Shown: positions 1-7,026 of the stretch, in pieces | Layout of the letters: every line of letters begins with the position of its first letter | Position numbering within the stretch: the first letter of the stretch is position 1 | From: a virus | Lineage: Duplodnaviria > Caudoviricetes | Virus record (IMG/VR): IMGVR_UViG_3300021961_000614 | Span: 1 to 24,364 of that record | Length of the DNA: 24,364 nucleotides | Strand: one strand, 5' to 3' | Translations under genes and position numbers: made by a program | Notes under the pieces: generated by a model | Databases searched by the model: none | What the model saw: the letters and a program-made list of their open reading frames with translations, nothing else | Told to the model about the DNA's origin: nothing

Positions 1-596
1 GGTTCATCGTCGTAGTCAGGACGCCCAAGGGCGCGGTACTCTGGGGAGAGTTCGATCTTGGCCTTTAGACCCTTGCCAAAGGTCTCGTAAAGCTCCCAGT
101 CAGGTTCGGCAAGGCGGAACAACTGAAGCTCGTTAAAGCCCTCAGGAAGGCCGTGCTGGCGGATCATGGCCGGGACAGGGGATACGGTTTCGACGTTGGC
201 GTAGGTCTTGCCGTTCTTGCCCGGGCGGTGGATGACACTGAGCATGCACCAGACACCGAGAACGGTTTTCAGGTCAAACCGGTTGGCTTCCTGATCTGTC
301 CACGGTTTGCCGCGCCAAGACTGCAGATCCTTGCGCAGGGTGGCCTTATCGCCCCAGCTAAGGGTGTAGTTCTTGAAGATTGCCATCGGCTCCCCGCGCT
401 CTGTAGTCAGGGGTGTGCCGTCTTCTGCTTCGCCATGAATCTCCCAGCCAATCATGATCTTGCGCAGGAACTTGGTCTCGCCCATGTACTCCGACTGCTG
501 GGTGCCAAGATCGATGATTCGGTAGCAGCGGCCCAAGTGACTACCCGGGGGGACGAGGACAAATTCTTTGGACTTGTTTTCGACAAAAAAGCTCAT
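1..596 (-). CDS. NGO0469-family phage replication/ssDNA-binding-like protein (3' end runs off the window)
   Basis: Missing from the ORF track because there is no stop in the window. My translation from ATG 596 gives MSFFVENKSKEFVLVPPGSHLGRCYRIIDLGTQQSEYMGETK...TLRKDLQSWRGKPWTDQEANRFDLKTVLGVWCMLSV...GKTYANV, matching the PxGxH..C.RIIDLGTQ, L.SWRG and YANV motifs I associate with this family. ATGA overlap with the upstream ORF. Confidence 0.8.
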   Translation of the reverse strand, partial: MSFFVENKSKEFVLVPPGSHLGRCYRIIDLGTQQSEYMGETKFLRKIMIGWEIHGEAEDGTPLTTERGEPMAIFKNYTLSWGDKATLRKDLQSWRGKPWTDQEANRFDLKTVLGVWCMLSVIHRPGKNGKTYANVETVSPVPAMIRQHGLPEGFNELQLFRLAEPDWELYETFGKGLKAKIELSPEYRALGRPDYDDE

Positions 597-769
597 TGTG
601 GTTCCTTCAAAAATTCTCTGACGGCGTCAGCAAAGGTGGGTGAATGGGGGTCAGGTAAACCTGCGCGTTGCAGTTCGGTGACGAGCTTCCAGCGTTTGTA
701 TTCCGCCTGAGCGATCGGATCGTTGATCCACTCCTCAAACGACTGTTGCTCTGTGTGGTCGTAGTTCAT
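593..769 (-). CDS. Small hypothetical early protein (58 aa, MNYDHTEQQ...)
   Basis: ATG at 769 overlaps the upstream TGA, and its own TGA overlaps the next ATG, so it is translationally coupled at both ends. Confidence 0.7.
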   Translation of the reverse strand: MNYDHTEQQSFEEWINDPIAQAEYKRWKLVTELQRAGLPDPHSPTFADAVREFLKEPQ

Positions 770-984
770 GGGTACATGCTCATCACGATGCAAGCCACCA
801 GCAACGCGATTGCGTAAGCAACCACGAAGTTGATGTGAGGCCTGCTTTTCTTTTTGAGCAACAACGTCTGGAGGCTCTCGGCATCCCGCGACATCTCGTA
901 CCTACGAGGAGGGGGAACGTAGTGCAGTCCAATCTGGACTTTGCCGGTATTCCAAGGGAGCCTATCTTCTGGTCGTCTGTTCAT
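766..984 (-). CDS. Small hypothetical protein with a C-terminal transmembrane helix
   Basis: AGGAG RBS at 994-990, directly behind the leftward promoter; hydrophobic tail INFVVAYAIALLVACIVM. Confidence 0.75.
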   Translation of the reverse strand: MNRRPEDRLPWNTGKVQIGLHYVPPPRRYEMSRDAESLQTLLLKKKSRPHINFVVAYAIALLVACIVMSMYP

Positions 985-989
985 GTCAT

Positions 990-1047
990 CTCCTTAACCG
1001 CCGTGTTGGCGTAAACACAGTAGACACGAATTTCAACTTGATGTCAA
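990..1047 (-). promoter_or_regulatory. Leftward sigma70-like early promoter with leader hairpin and RBS
   Basis: TTGACA (1047-1042), 17 bp, TCTACT (1024-1019), then GTTTA-CGCC-aacac-GGCG-GTTA-AGGAG. Same layout as the sites at 3705 and 4748. Confidence 0.7.
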
Positions 1048-1099
1048 ACACAACTTCAAGATAAGATTGCATTCGTCATTAACACACCACAGGACCATC

Positions 1100-1300
1100 A
1101 TGACCCTAATCGAGTATTTTGAGAGTGAGCCGATCGGAGCCAAGAAGGAAATGGCTGAATATCTTGGCATCACTCAGGCGTGGATGGCAATGCTCATTCA
1201 CGACAAGGCCAAGTGCTCTGCGAAGATGGCGCGAAAGATCGAAGACGCTACGCAGGGGCTTGTGACGAGACATGATCTGAGGCCCGACCTCTTCAACTAG
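1100..1300 (+). CDS. Cro/YdaS-like HTH transcriptional regulator (66 aa)
   Basis: AGGA RBS before ATG 1100; HTH KKEMAEYLGITQAWMAMLI; C-terminal IEDATQGLVTRHDLRPDLF signature; first gene of the rightward replication operon. Confidence 0.85.
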   Translation: MTLIEYFESEPIGAKKEMAEYLGITQAWMAMLIHDKAKCSAKMARKIEDATQGLVTRHDLRPDLFN

Positions 1301-1308
1301 GAGACCCC

Positions 1309-1968
1309 ATGAGCATCAAGCTGATGTCAGATGTGTTCACGTTGCGCCACATAACCTGCTGCGAGAAGCTGTTGATGCTGGCGCTTGCAGATGCTGCCAA
1401 TGATGAAGGCGTTTGCTGGCCCAGCATAAGTCGGTTGGCGGGCATCGTGATGGTCGATGAGAGAAGCATCAGCCGCATGTTGAATCGGCTGGAGCTTAAA
1501 GGGATGGTGGTCCGAGCAATCCGTCCGGGGCACTCGACCGTCTACACCGTGAGACCCCTGACCGTGAGGTCACCCCACCCCCGACCCGAGGGTCACCCCA
1601 CCCCTGACTCCAAGGTCACCACACCCCTGACCGCAGGGTCATCCAGAACCACCAAGGAATCAGAAGAGATCCATAACGGAACCGTAAACAAGCCTGACGG
1701 CATTGATGATCAGCTATGGGCTGACTTTTTGCTGCACCGATCCAAGCACAAAGCACCGTTCACAGAAACGGCCATGAAGGGATTCGTGCGCGAGGCGGAC
1801 AAGGTTGGCTTTACGTTGGCGGAAGCTATGCGTACCAGCATCGAGCGAGGCTGGAGAGGCTTCAACGCAAAGTGGCTGGAAGAAAAGAAGTCCAAGGACG
1901 AGGAAAAGTCTGAGCACTACCTGCGGCTGACTGGCCGCGCTAACAAAGTGGAGGTGATCGATGTCTGA
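1309..1968 (+). CDS. Phage replication initiator (N-terminal winged HTH, analogous to lambda O)
   Basis: EKLLMLALADAANDEGVCWPSISRLA motif; iteron-encoded low-complexity linker; C-terminal W.DFL.HR...SIERGWRGF domain; AGGAG RBS. Confidence 0.88.
   Translation: MSIKLMSDVFTLRHITCCEKLLMLALADAANDEGVCWPSISRLAGIVMVDERSISRMLNRLELKGMVVRAIRPGHSTVYTVRPLTVRSPHPRPEGHPTPDSKVTTPLTAGSSRTTKESEEIHNGTVNKPDGIDDQLWADFLLHRSKHKAPFTETAMKGFVREADKVGFTLAEAMRTSIERGWRGFNAKWLEEKKSKDEEKSEHYLRLTGRANKVEVIDV
1554..1645 (+). repeat. Four tandem 23-bp iterons (probable replication origin)
   Basis: ACCCCTGACCGTGAGGTCACCCC / ACCCCCGACCCGAGGGTCACCCC / ACCCCTGACTCCAAGGTCACCAC / ACCCCTGACCGCAGGGTCATCCA. Each has the dyad YGAC-N6-GTCA. 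The period is not a multiple of 3, so the repeat is a DNA-level signal. It lies inside the initiator gene, as in lambdoid origins. Confidence 0.88.
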
Positions 1969-2536
1969 TATCACGACGGCTGCTATTGAGCGCCTGTTCC
2001 AAAAATTCTCCCTAATTTGGGGTGCGCAGAAGGTCGGAGCTATGGTAAGGCCCGAGGATGTCGATATGGCCTTAGATCTGTGGGCATCGAGCCTATCGAG
2101 GTACAGCACTGCTACCCTAAAGGCTGTGATCGATACCCTGCCGACCCTAGGGCGGGACTGGCCTCCCTCTTTGGCGGAGTTCATCGATCTGTGCCGACAG
2201 TTCAATCGGCCTGAGGCTCAGGTAGCCCTTCCGGCACCGAGGGCTGAAGCGACGCCTGAGCAGCTAGAGGCGATCCGCAAGGTGGCCGGTGACGCACCTA
2301 TGTTCAACGGGGATCCGCTGCATTGGGCGAAGTATCCGGCCTCAGGCAAGGCGGTCGAGATGATGGTGCAGGCGGCTCAAAGGGGCGACAGGCGGCTGCA
2401 GGATATCGTGGACAAGCATCTAGCCGACCCGGACGCGGTTGCTACAAGGGGGAGGAATGGGCAAGAAGCGCACCGAGCACTCAAGTCCTACGCAGAGGCC
2501 AAACTGGCATCAGCCAATCAAGCCGAGTATTCCTGA
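1961..2536 (+). CDS. Replication protein P-like / helicase loader
   Basis: Overlaps the initiator gene; WPPSLAEFIDLCR followed by ALPAP is typical of P-like proteins; GGAGGT RBS. Confidence 0.7.
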   Translation: MSDITTAAIERLFQKFSLIWGAQKVGAMVRPEDVDMALDLWASSLSRYSTATLKAVIDTLPTLGRDWPPSLAEFIDLCRQFNRPEAQVALPAPRAEATPEQLEAIRKVAGDAPMFNGDPLHWAKYPASGKAVEMMVQAAQRGDRRLQDIVDKHLADPDAVATRGRNGQEAHRALKSYAEAKLASANQAEYS

Positions 2537-2915
2537 GTCCGAGATCGAGTGGCTCAAGCGCTGCGATGCGATCGACTGGTTGCGTAGATACAACACGATC
2601 GCAAAGCGCGACGGCTACCAAAGGGCGCGGGTATGGTGGATGAACCGCTGCATAGACATCGAGCGGGCAAGAGGGGCCGAGGGGTTAGAGGATCTGAAGA
2701 GGAGGATGAATCTTGAGCGCGTGGACAATCCGGCTGGACTTCCCCAGCCCAAGCCTGTTCCCGAACCGAACAAAGGGAAAGCACTGGGGGGCGCTTCACG
2801 CGGCCAAGACGCAGGCCAAGGAACTGGCCTTTTTCCTGACCAAGCAGCAGACGCAGGGATGGATTCCGACGACCGAGGATCTCAGGCTAACGGTGACCTT
2901 TTTGATGCCGGATAG
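2457..2915 (+). CDS. Hypothetical phage protein (core EWLKRCDAIDWLRR...RGAEGLEDLKRRM)
   Basis: Purine-rich RBS (AAGGGGGAGG) before ATG 2457; fills the gap 2536-2713. The start and the long 3' overlap with the resolvase gene are uncertain. Confidence 0.55.
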   Translation: MGKKRTEHSSPTQRPNWHQPIKPSIPESEIEWLKRCDAIDWLRRYNTIAKRDGYQRARVWWMNRCIDIERARGAEGLEDLKRRMNLERVDNPAGLPQPKPVPEPNKGKALGGASRGQDAGQGTGLFPDQAADAGMDSDDRGSQANGDLFDAG

Positions 2916-3096
2916 GAGGAAAAGAGACGCCGACAATTGCCTTGCTGCAGCCAAGTCAACGCTCGACGGGATGGCGTTAGCGTTAGGTGTAGATGATTTT
3001 CAGTTCCAGCCGGTACAGGTGTATCGGCGGTTTGGGGTAAAGCCCGGTTCAATGATCGTGGAGATAGACGATGGAAAAGATGATCGACCCGAATGA
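2713..3096 (+). CDS. rusA: RusA-like Holliday junction resolvase
   Basis: TTG start 7 nt after GGAGG; catalytic pattern PDRRKRDADNCLAAAKSTLDG...GVDD. Confidence 0.8.
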   Translation: MSAWTIRLDFPSPSLFPNRTKGKHWGALHAAKTQAKELAFFLTKQQTQGWIPTTEDLRLTVTFLMPDRRKRDADNCLAAAKSTLDGMALALGVDDFQFQPVQVYRRFGVKPGSMIVEIDDGKDDRPE

Positions 3097-3412
3097 CGCG
3101 ATCGATTTCATGATCGCCAACAGCAAGAAATACGCGCAGGCCAAGGCCAACCGGATCTATGTCGAGGAGTACCGCAAGACCATGAAGGCCGAGCTTTGCA
3201 AGCAGGCTCTGGCCTCGGGCGTGGAGGCGGTAAACGCGCAGGAACGGGAAGCGTACTCAGCCCCGGCCTACAAAAGCCATTTAGAGGCCATTAGAAGCGC
3301 CGTAGAGGAAGAGGAACGCCTGAGGTGGATGATGGTAGCCGCCCAAGCCAGAATCGACGTATGGCGCTCTATGGAGGCTTCTAACCGGGCATTGGAAAAA
3401 GCTGCGCTATGA
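3071..3412 (+). CDS. Conserved helical phage protein of unknown function
   Basis: GGAG RBS; coupled to both neighbours; YAQAKA..Y.EE.RK...AQEREAY...ARIDVWRS pattern familiar from proteobacterial phage early regions. Confidence 0.8.
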   Translation: MEKMIDPNDAIDFMIANSKKYAQAKANRIYVEEYRKTMKAELCKQALASGVEAVNAQEREAYSAPAYKSHLEAIRSAVEEEERLRWMMVAAQARIDVWRSMEASNRALEKAAL

Positions 3413-3687
3413 ATATCAAGGACTGGAAGAGCGCGGTGGCTGATCTGGGGTGCGGGATGTGCAGGAAGATGGGCCAGCCCGGGACGCCTGCCCAACTACA
3501 CCACCCCCGTGCCGGTGTTGGGATGGCGCAACGTCAGAGTGACTGGCTGGTGATTCCCCTGTGCCAGTACCACCACACCGGATCTAAGGGATGGCACGGG
3601 ACGAGAGACGACTTCAAACGGCACTCGACCGACGAGCTAGACATCCTCGCGGAGACGATGGAACTGCTAATCCCGACAAAAAGGTAG
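3409..3687 (+). CDS. Ref/DUF968-like HNH zinc-binding nuclease
   Basis: GCGMC, AQLHH, GMAQR and VIPLCQYHHTG..G.H motifs. Confidence 0.8.
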   Translation: MNIKDWKSAVADLGCGMCRKMGQPGTPAQLHHPRAGVGMAQRQSDWLVIPLCQYHHTGSKGWHGTRDDFKRHSTDELDILAETMELLIPTKR

Positions 3688-3704
3688 GGGAATTAAAGAA
3701 GTTG

Positions 3705-3767
3705 TTGCATTCGATTTAAGTTCGTGTTGTAATTCGTTTACGGCACTTGCGCCGGTTACTTGAGGAG
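3705..3767 (+). promoter_or_regulatory. Sigma70-like early promoter with leader hairpin and RBS
   Basis: TTGCAT (3705-3710), 17 bp, TGTAAT (3728-3733) with an upstream TG; GTTTA-CGGC-acttgc-GCCG-GTTA; GAGGAG. Confidence 0.75.
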
Positions 3768-3773
3768 ATCGAA

Positions 3774-4070
3774 ATGGACACCAACAACATCCCCCTGACC
3801 CAAGTTGATGAGCTTGGCATCCTTCTGGCCCAGATCGCTGATCTGACCAAAAAAGCCGACGCCATCCAAGACGCGATCAAGGACGCTGCCACGGTCGATG
3901 GCGGTGCCAAGGTTGTCGAGGGCAACCTGTTCCGCGCTACGGTGGTCGAGGCAAACCGCAAGGTTACCGACTGGAAAGCGATCGCCAAGGTCTGCAACAT
4001 CCCCGAGGACATCATCATCGAGCACACCTCGGTGACCGCCGTGTTCTCTGTCAAAACCACCAGCCGTTAA
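3774..4070 (+). CDS. Hypothetical early protein (98 aa, N-terminal coiled coil)
   Basis: GAGGAG RBS before ATG 3774, which is a better start than TTG 3747; strong C/G third-position bias. Confidence 0.85.
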   Translation: MDTNNIPLTQVDELGILLAQIADLTKKADAIQDAIKDAATVDGGAKVVEGNLFRATVVEANRKVTDWKAIAKVCNIPEDIIIEHTSVTAVFSVKTTSR

Positions 4071-4079
4071 GGAGCAGCC

Positions 4080-4250
4080 ATGCTAAGTCCCAACATCGAG
4101 CTTGACGGGGAGTACATCGAGGGCTTTAGCGCGGGCTTTCGCTTTGCCCTGATCGAGGTTGGCTTTCACCTACGCAAGGAGCGCTTCCCTCCCGAGGTAA
4201 TCCAGAGGATTAATGAAGTCCTTGCGTACCTGAAGGATGCGGACAAATGA
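4080..4250 (+). CDS. Small hypothetical protein (56 aa, MLSPNIELDGEYIEGFSAGF...)
   Basis: Below the ORF-track cutoff. AAGGAG RBS, ATG 4080, TGA 4248-4250 overlapping the next ATG. Confidence 0.75.
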   Translation: MLSPNIELDGEYIEGFSAGFRFALIEVGFHLRKERFPPEVIQRINEVLAYLKDADK

Positions 4251-4732
4251 AAAAGACGTTCGGGACCATCGGTCTAAGCGAGTTGCCGCCCTCCATCCGA
4301 ACCCTCTGGCATACCCGCAACGACGAGTTGCCAACTGAGGAGTTTGATTGCCTGCCCGATTGGATGGCTCAGAAGCCACCAGAAGGGCTTGAGAGCCTCG
4401 ATATGGAGCGGGTGGTGGTCTATGTACTGTCCACCATCACGGTGCGCGAGGAGACCACTTTAAGGCTTCGTATCGGGCACAGCATGACGTTAGATGAATG
4501 CGGCAAGGTTCTGAACATAAGTAGAGCGCGAATAAGCCAGATCGAAGCCAAGGCTCTACGCAAGCTACGCCACCCTTCCCGCACAGACATCTTAGCGTTG
4601 GCCTTTGACCTTCCTTCTGGCTACGTCAAATTGCGCAAGAGATGGGATTGGCCGAGGGACATTGAAAAGTACGCCGAGTGGAAGAGAAAAAAAGTCGCCC
4701 GCAAGAGCCTGTCCGAAGGCGCGTTGAGATAA
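4247..4732 (+). CDS. Stand-alone sigma-70 region 4 domain protein
   Basis: [12 protein letters not shown]...[33 protein letters not shown] closely follows RpoD region 4 ([29 protein letters not shown]); no region 2 is recognisable. Confidence 0.85.
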   Translation: [161 protein letters not shown]

Positions 4733-4747
4733 ATTTCTAGTGGGGTG

Positions 4748-4810
4748 TTGACGACTCTTAAATTTTTTGTTGTAATTCGTTTACCGCATGTCGCGGATTA
4801 CTCGAAAGGA
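4748..4810 (+). promoter_or_regulatory. Sigma70-like early promoter with leader hairpin and RBS
   Basis: TTGACG (4748-4753), 17 bp, TGTAAT (4771-4776); GTTTA-CCGC-atgtc-GCGG-ATTA; AAAGGA. Shares TGTTGTAATTCGTTTAC exactly with the 3705 promoter. Confidence 0.78.
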
Positions 4811-4816
4811 AAGACA

Positions 4817-5098
4817 ATGTTCAAGGTCGAAAAATACAACGTCCGGATCGTCAACACGGGTGACAAGTACGGTCGTAAGGATTGCCTGACCAACGATCGG
4901 GAGCCGATGGTCGAGTTCTACGATTCCCGGTTCGATCATTCCGACTTCATGGGTCGCGGGCAGTTTGTGAGCCGGTACTTTGTCAGCACCATCTTGGGTG
5001 GCAGCTACCCCGATGGCCTCGTTCTTGATGGCGGGATCCCCGAGTGGTCAGTGAGCGCGGAGGGAATGCAGACTGTCCTTGAGCACCTGAGAGGGTGA
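4817..5098 (+). CDS. Hypothetical early protein (93 aa, MFKVEKYNVRIV...)
   Basis: AAAGGA RBS before ATG 4817; VEFYDSR...GQFVSRY pattern. Confidence 0.8.
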   Translation: MFKVEKYNVRIVNTGDKYGRKDCLTNDREPMVEFYDSRFDHSDFMGRGQFVSRYFVSTILGGSYPDGLVLDGGIPEWSVSAEGMQTVLEHLRG

Positions 5099-5099
5099 G

Positions 5100-5372
5100 A
5101 TGAAGACCGACTACATCGCCGAGTTCGTGACGAGTGTAGCTGGCATCCCGTGCAAGATTGGGGTGCTGGCTTTCGAGCACCAGCAGGGCAGCTTCTCGCG
5201 CCATGCAGCCAGCGATATCGACTACTACGGTGAGACCGAGTCTGACTGGCACGTTTTAGACCGCACAGGCAAACGCGCCCCGTGGCTAGAGCGCAAGCTT
5301 ACCCCGTCCGACGTTGAGCGCATCGAACAAACCATTTACGAGAAAATGATCGAGGAGAACCAAAATGACTGA
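5100..5372 (+). CDS. Hypothetical phage protein
   Basis: GAGGGT RBS; operon packing; GIPC.IGV, DIDYYG and LDR.G..APWLERKL motifs. Confidence 0.8.
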   Translation: MKTDYIAEFVTSVAGIPCKIGVLAFEHQQGSFSRHAASDIDYYGETESDWHVLDRTGKRAPWLERKLTPSDVERIEQTIYEKMIEENQND

Positions 5373-5559
5373 TACCGGCGACACCATCCGCATCGACGAC
5401 TACACCCGCGTCTACGTTGACCAGTGGGAAGAAGACAGCAAGGATCATGTCTACATCTCCCTGCAGCTACACGGTGCCAGCGCCCGCTGTACCATGAACA
5501 AGAACAAGGCCCAAGAACTGATTGACGCCCTGCAAAGGGTGGTCAATAGCCTGTCATGA
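5365..5559 (+). CDS. Small hypothetical protein
   Basis: GAGGAG RBS; overlaps both neighbours. Confidence 0.75.
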   Translation: MTDTGDTIRIDDYTRVYVDQWEEDSKDHVYISLQLHGASARCTMNKNKAQELIDALQRVVNSLS

Positions 5560-6236
5560 GTCCGCTGATCTCAGAGATGGTTGCCATCAACCCTGCTGGG
5601 GCGGTGGACTGGCACTGGTTCGATATGTCTGCCGCCTACAAGAGCGAACAACGGATCAGCGCCGACATCCTCTCGAAAAAGCTACCCTTTGAGAAAGTTG
5701 CGCTGGTTTGCGCGTATGAAGACAAGAAGGCGCTAATTTTTCTCTTCCCGATTGTAAACATGACAGGAGTCATGGGGTTTCAGTTTGAAAAAAACAGAGT
5801 TATGGAACTCAAGGCGTTCTCGTTTTTTACTGACGACGAGGGCGTCAAGGTCAAGCACAAAGACGGGACGCCTTTTGACTACCGAACCGACCAAGCAGCA
5901 AACGTCCTTGCATTCATCGCGGCGTTCCTTGATTCATTGGAAATCGACACGGTAACCGCCCATCAGCCAATCAAACCAAAAAACTGGGAAAAAAAGATCC
6001 GGCAAAACAAGGTTCCAACCTACGACTGGACTACGATCGTCATCGAGCCATCAAAATCAAGGTCGGAGCATCAAGGCGGAACTCACGCCAGCCCAAGATG
6101 GCACGAACGTCGGGGCCACTGGAGAACCATGAAAAAAACCGGCAAAAAAGTCTGGATAAAAAACTGCGAAGTCGGCAACAAGGCCTTAGGCGCAGTGTTT
6201 CATGATTACGTTATCGAAAAGGCTGTCACCCAGTGA
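5556..6236 (+). CDS. Hypothetical phage protein with a C-terminal SPRxHxRRGHWR motif
   Basis: GGTHASPRWHERRGHWR...GKKVWIKNC.VG motif; ATGA coupling; A-rich composition. Confidence 0.8.
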   Translation: MSPLISEMVAINPAGAVDWHWFDMSAAYKSEQRISADILSKKLPFEKVALVCAYEDKKALIFLFPIVNMTGVMGFQFEKNRVMELKAFSFFTDDEGVKVKHKDGTPFDYRTDQAANVLAFIAAFLDSLEIDTVTAHQPIKPKNWEKKIRQNKVPTYDWTTIVIEPSKSRSEHQGGTHASPRWHERRGHWRTMKKTGKKVWIKNCEVGNKALGAVFHDYVIEKAVTQ

Positions 6237-6418
6237 ATACCCGAGAAGAGACAACACAGGCAGAAGTCAGGGCCACAGGAAAACGCTGGTGCAGCGGGTG
6301 CCAACGCCCCGCCCCAGCAGAAGGCGGCAGGAAAAAGAACGCCTTCCGATGGCTCTGCAAGACCTGTTGGGACGCCAGCAAGATGAGAAATCTTGGAAAT
6401 CGTGCAACTCAAGGTTAA
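6233..6418 (+). CDS. Small zinc-ribbon protein
   Basis: GTG start in a GTGA overlap; WCSGC...WLCKTC (two CxxC pairs). Confidence 0.65.
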   Translation: MNTREETTQAEVRATGKRWCSGCQRPAPAEGGRKKNAFRWLCKTCWDASKMRNLGNRATQG

Positions 6419-6453
6419 AATCGGTGGCATCAATATGTCTCTGGAAGAATGAG

Positions 6454-7026
6454 ATGCCCCGCAAAAGCCCTAAAACAGCCTCCAAGGCGTTGGAAGCCCC
6501 TGACCAAGGGGTAGACACCAGCACCGAAGAAAAGCTGCCAGAAGCCCCGAAAAAGAGGATTGGCAGGCCTCCCAAGTACACGCCCGAACTTGCCCACGAG
6601 ATCTGTGTGCGCCTAAGTGATGGCGAACCCTTGCGCAAAATCTGCCGTGACGACCACATGCCGACATGGGCGGCGGTGTATCAGTGGATGGATCGTGACG
6701 AAGATCTTTCTTTAGCCATCGCACGAGCACGGGAAGCTGGGCAAGACGCAATGGCCGAGCGGGCTTACGTCGAGATGTATGACGAGCCTGAGCGGATCCT
6801 GACTGAGGGTGGGGGCAAGATTGACCCGGGGTATGTGCAGTTGGTCAAGGCCCGGGCTGAGATCACCCTGAAGATGCTTGCCAAGTGGAACCCCAAGCGT
6901 TACGGGGACAGGGTGCAACTGGCCGGGGACGCGGAGAACCCGCTCAAGGTCGAGGCTGACCTGACCATCTTTGACGCCCTGATCACGAACATCGAGACCA
7001 AGCGCCAGACCAAGTCGCATGGTTGA
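6454..7026 (+). CDS. terS: Terminase small subunit (Sf6/P22-like HTH)
   Basis: GRPPKYTPELAHEICVRLSDGEPLRKICRDDHMP...W and LAKWNPKRYGD motifs; overlaps the terL start. ATG 6454 is preferred over 6202. Confidence 0.9.
   Translation: MPRKSPKTASKALEAPDQGVDTSTEEKLPEAPKKRIGRPPKYTPELAHEICVRLSDGEPLRKICRDDHMPTWAAVYQWMDRDEDLSLAIARAREAGQDAMAERAYVEMYDEPERILTEGGGKIDPGYVQLVKARAEITLKMLAKWNPKRYGDRVQLAGDAENPLKVEADLTIFDALITNIETKRQTKSHG

Noticed and set aside
153-710. 185-aa + strand ORF
   Set aside because: Shadow of the real minus-strand NGO0469-family gene, which has recognisable motifs and coupled starts.
1554-1645. Iteron arrays (also 9427-9477) as possible CRISPR arrays
   Set aside because: The units are contiguous with only 6 variable bases, no spacer-length unique sequence and no cas genes.
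6202-6453. N-terminal extension of terS in the ORF track
   Set aside because: Overlaps the zinc-ribbon gene; terS-like sequence begins near ATG 6454.
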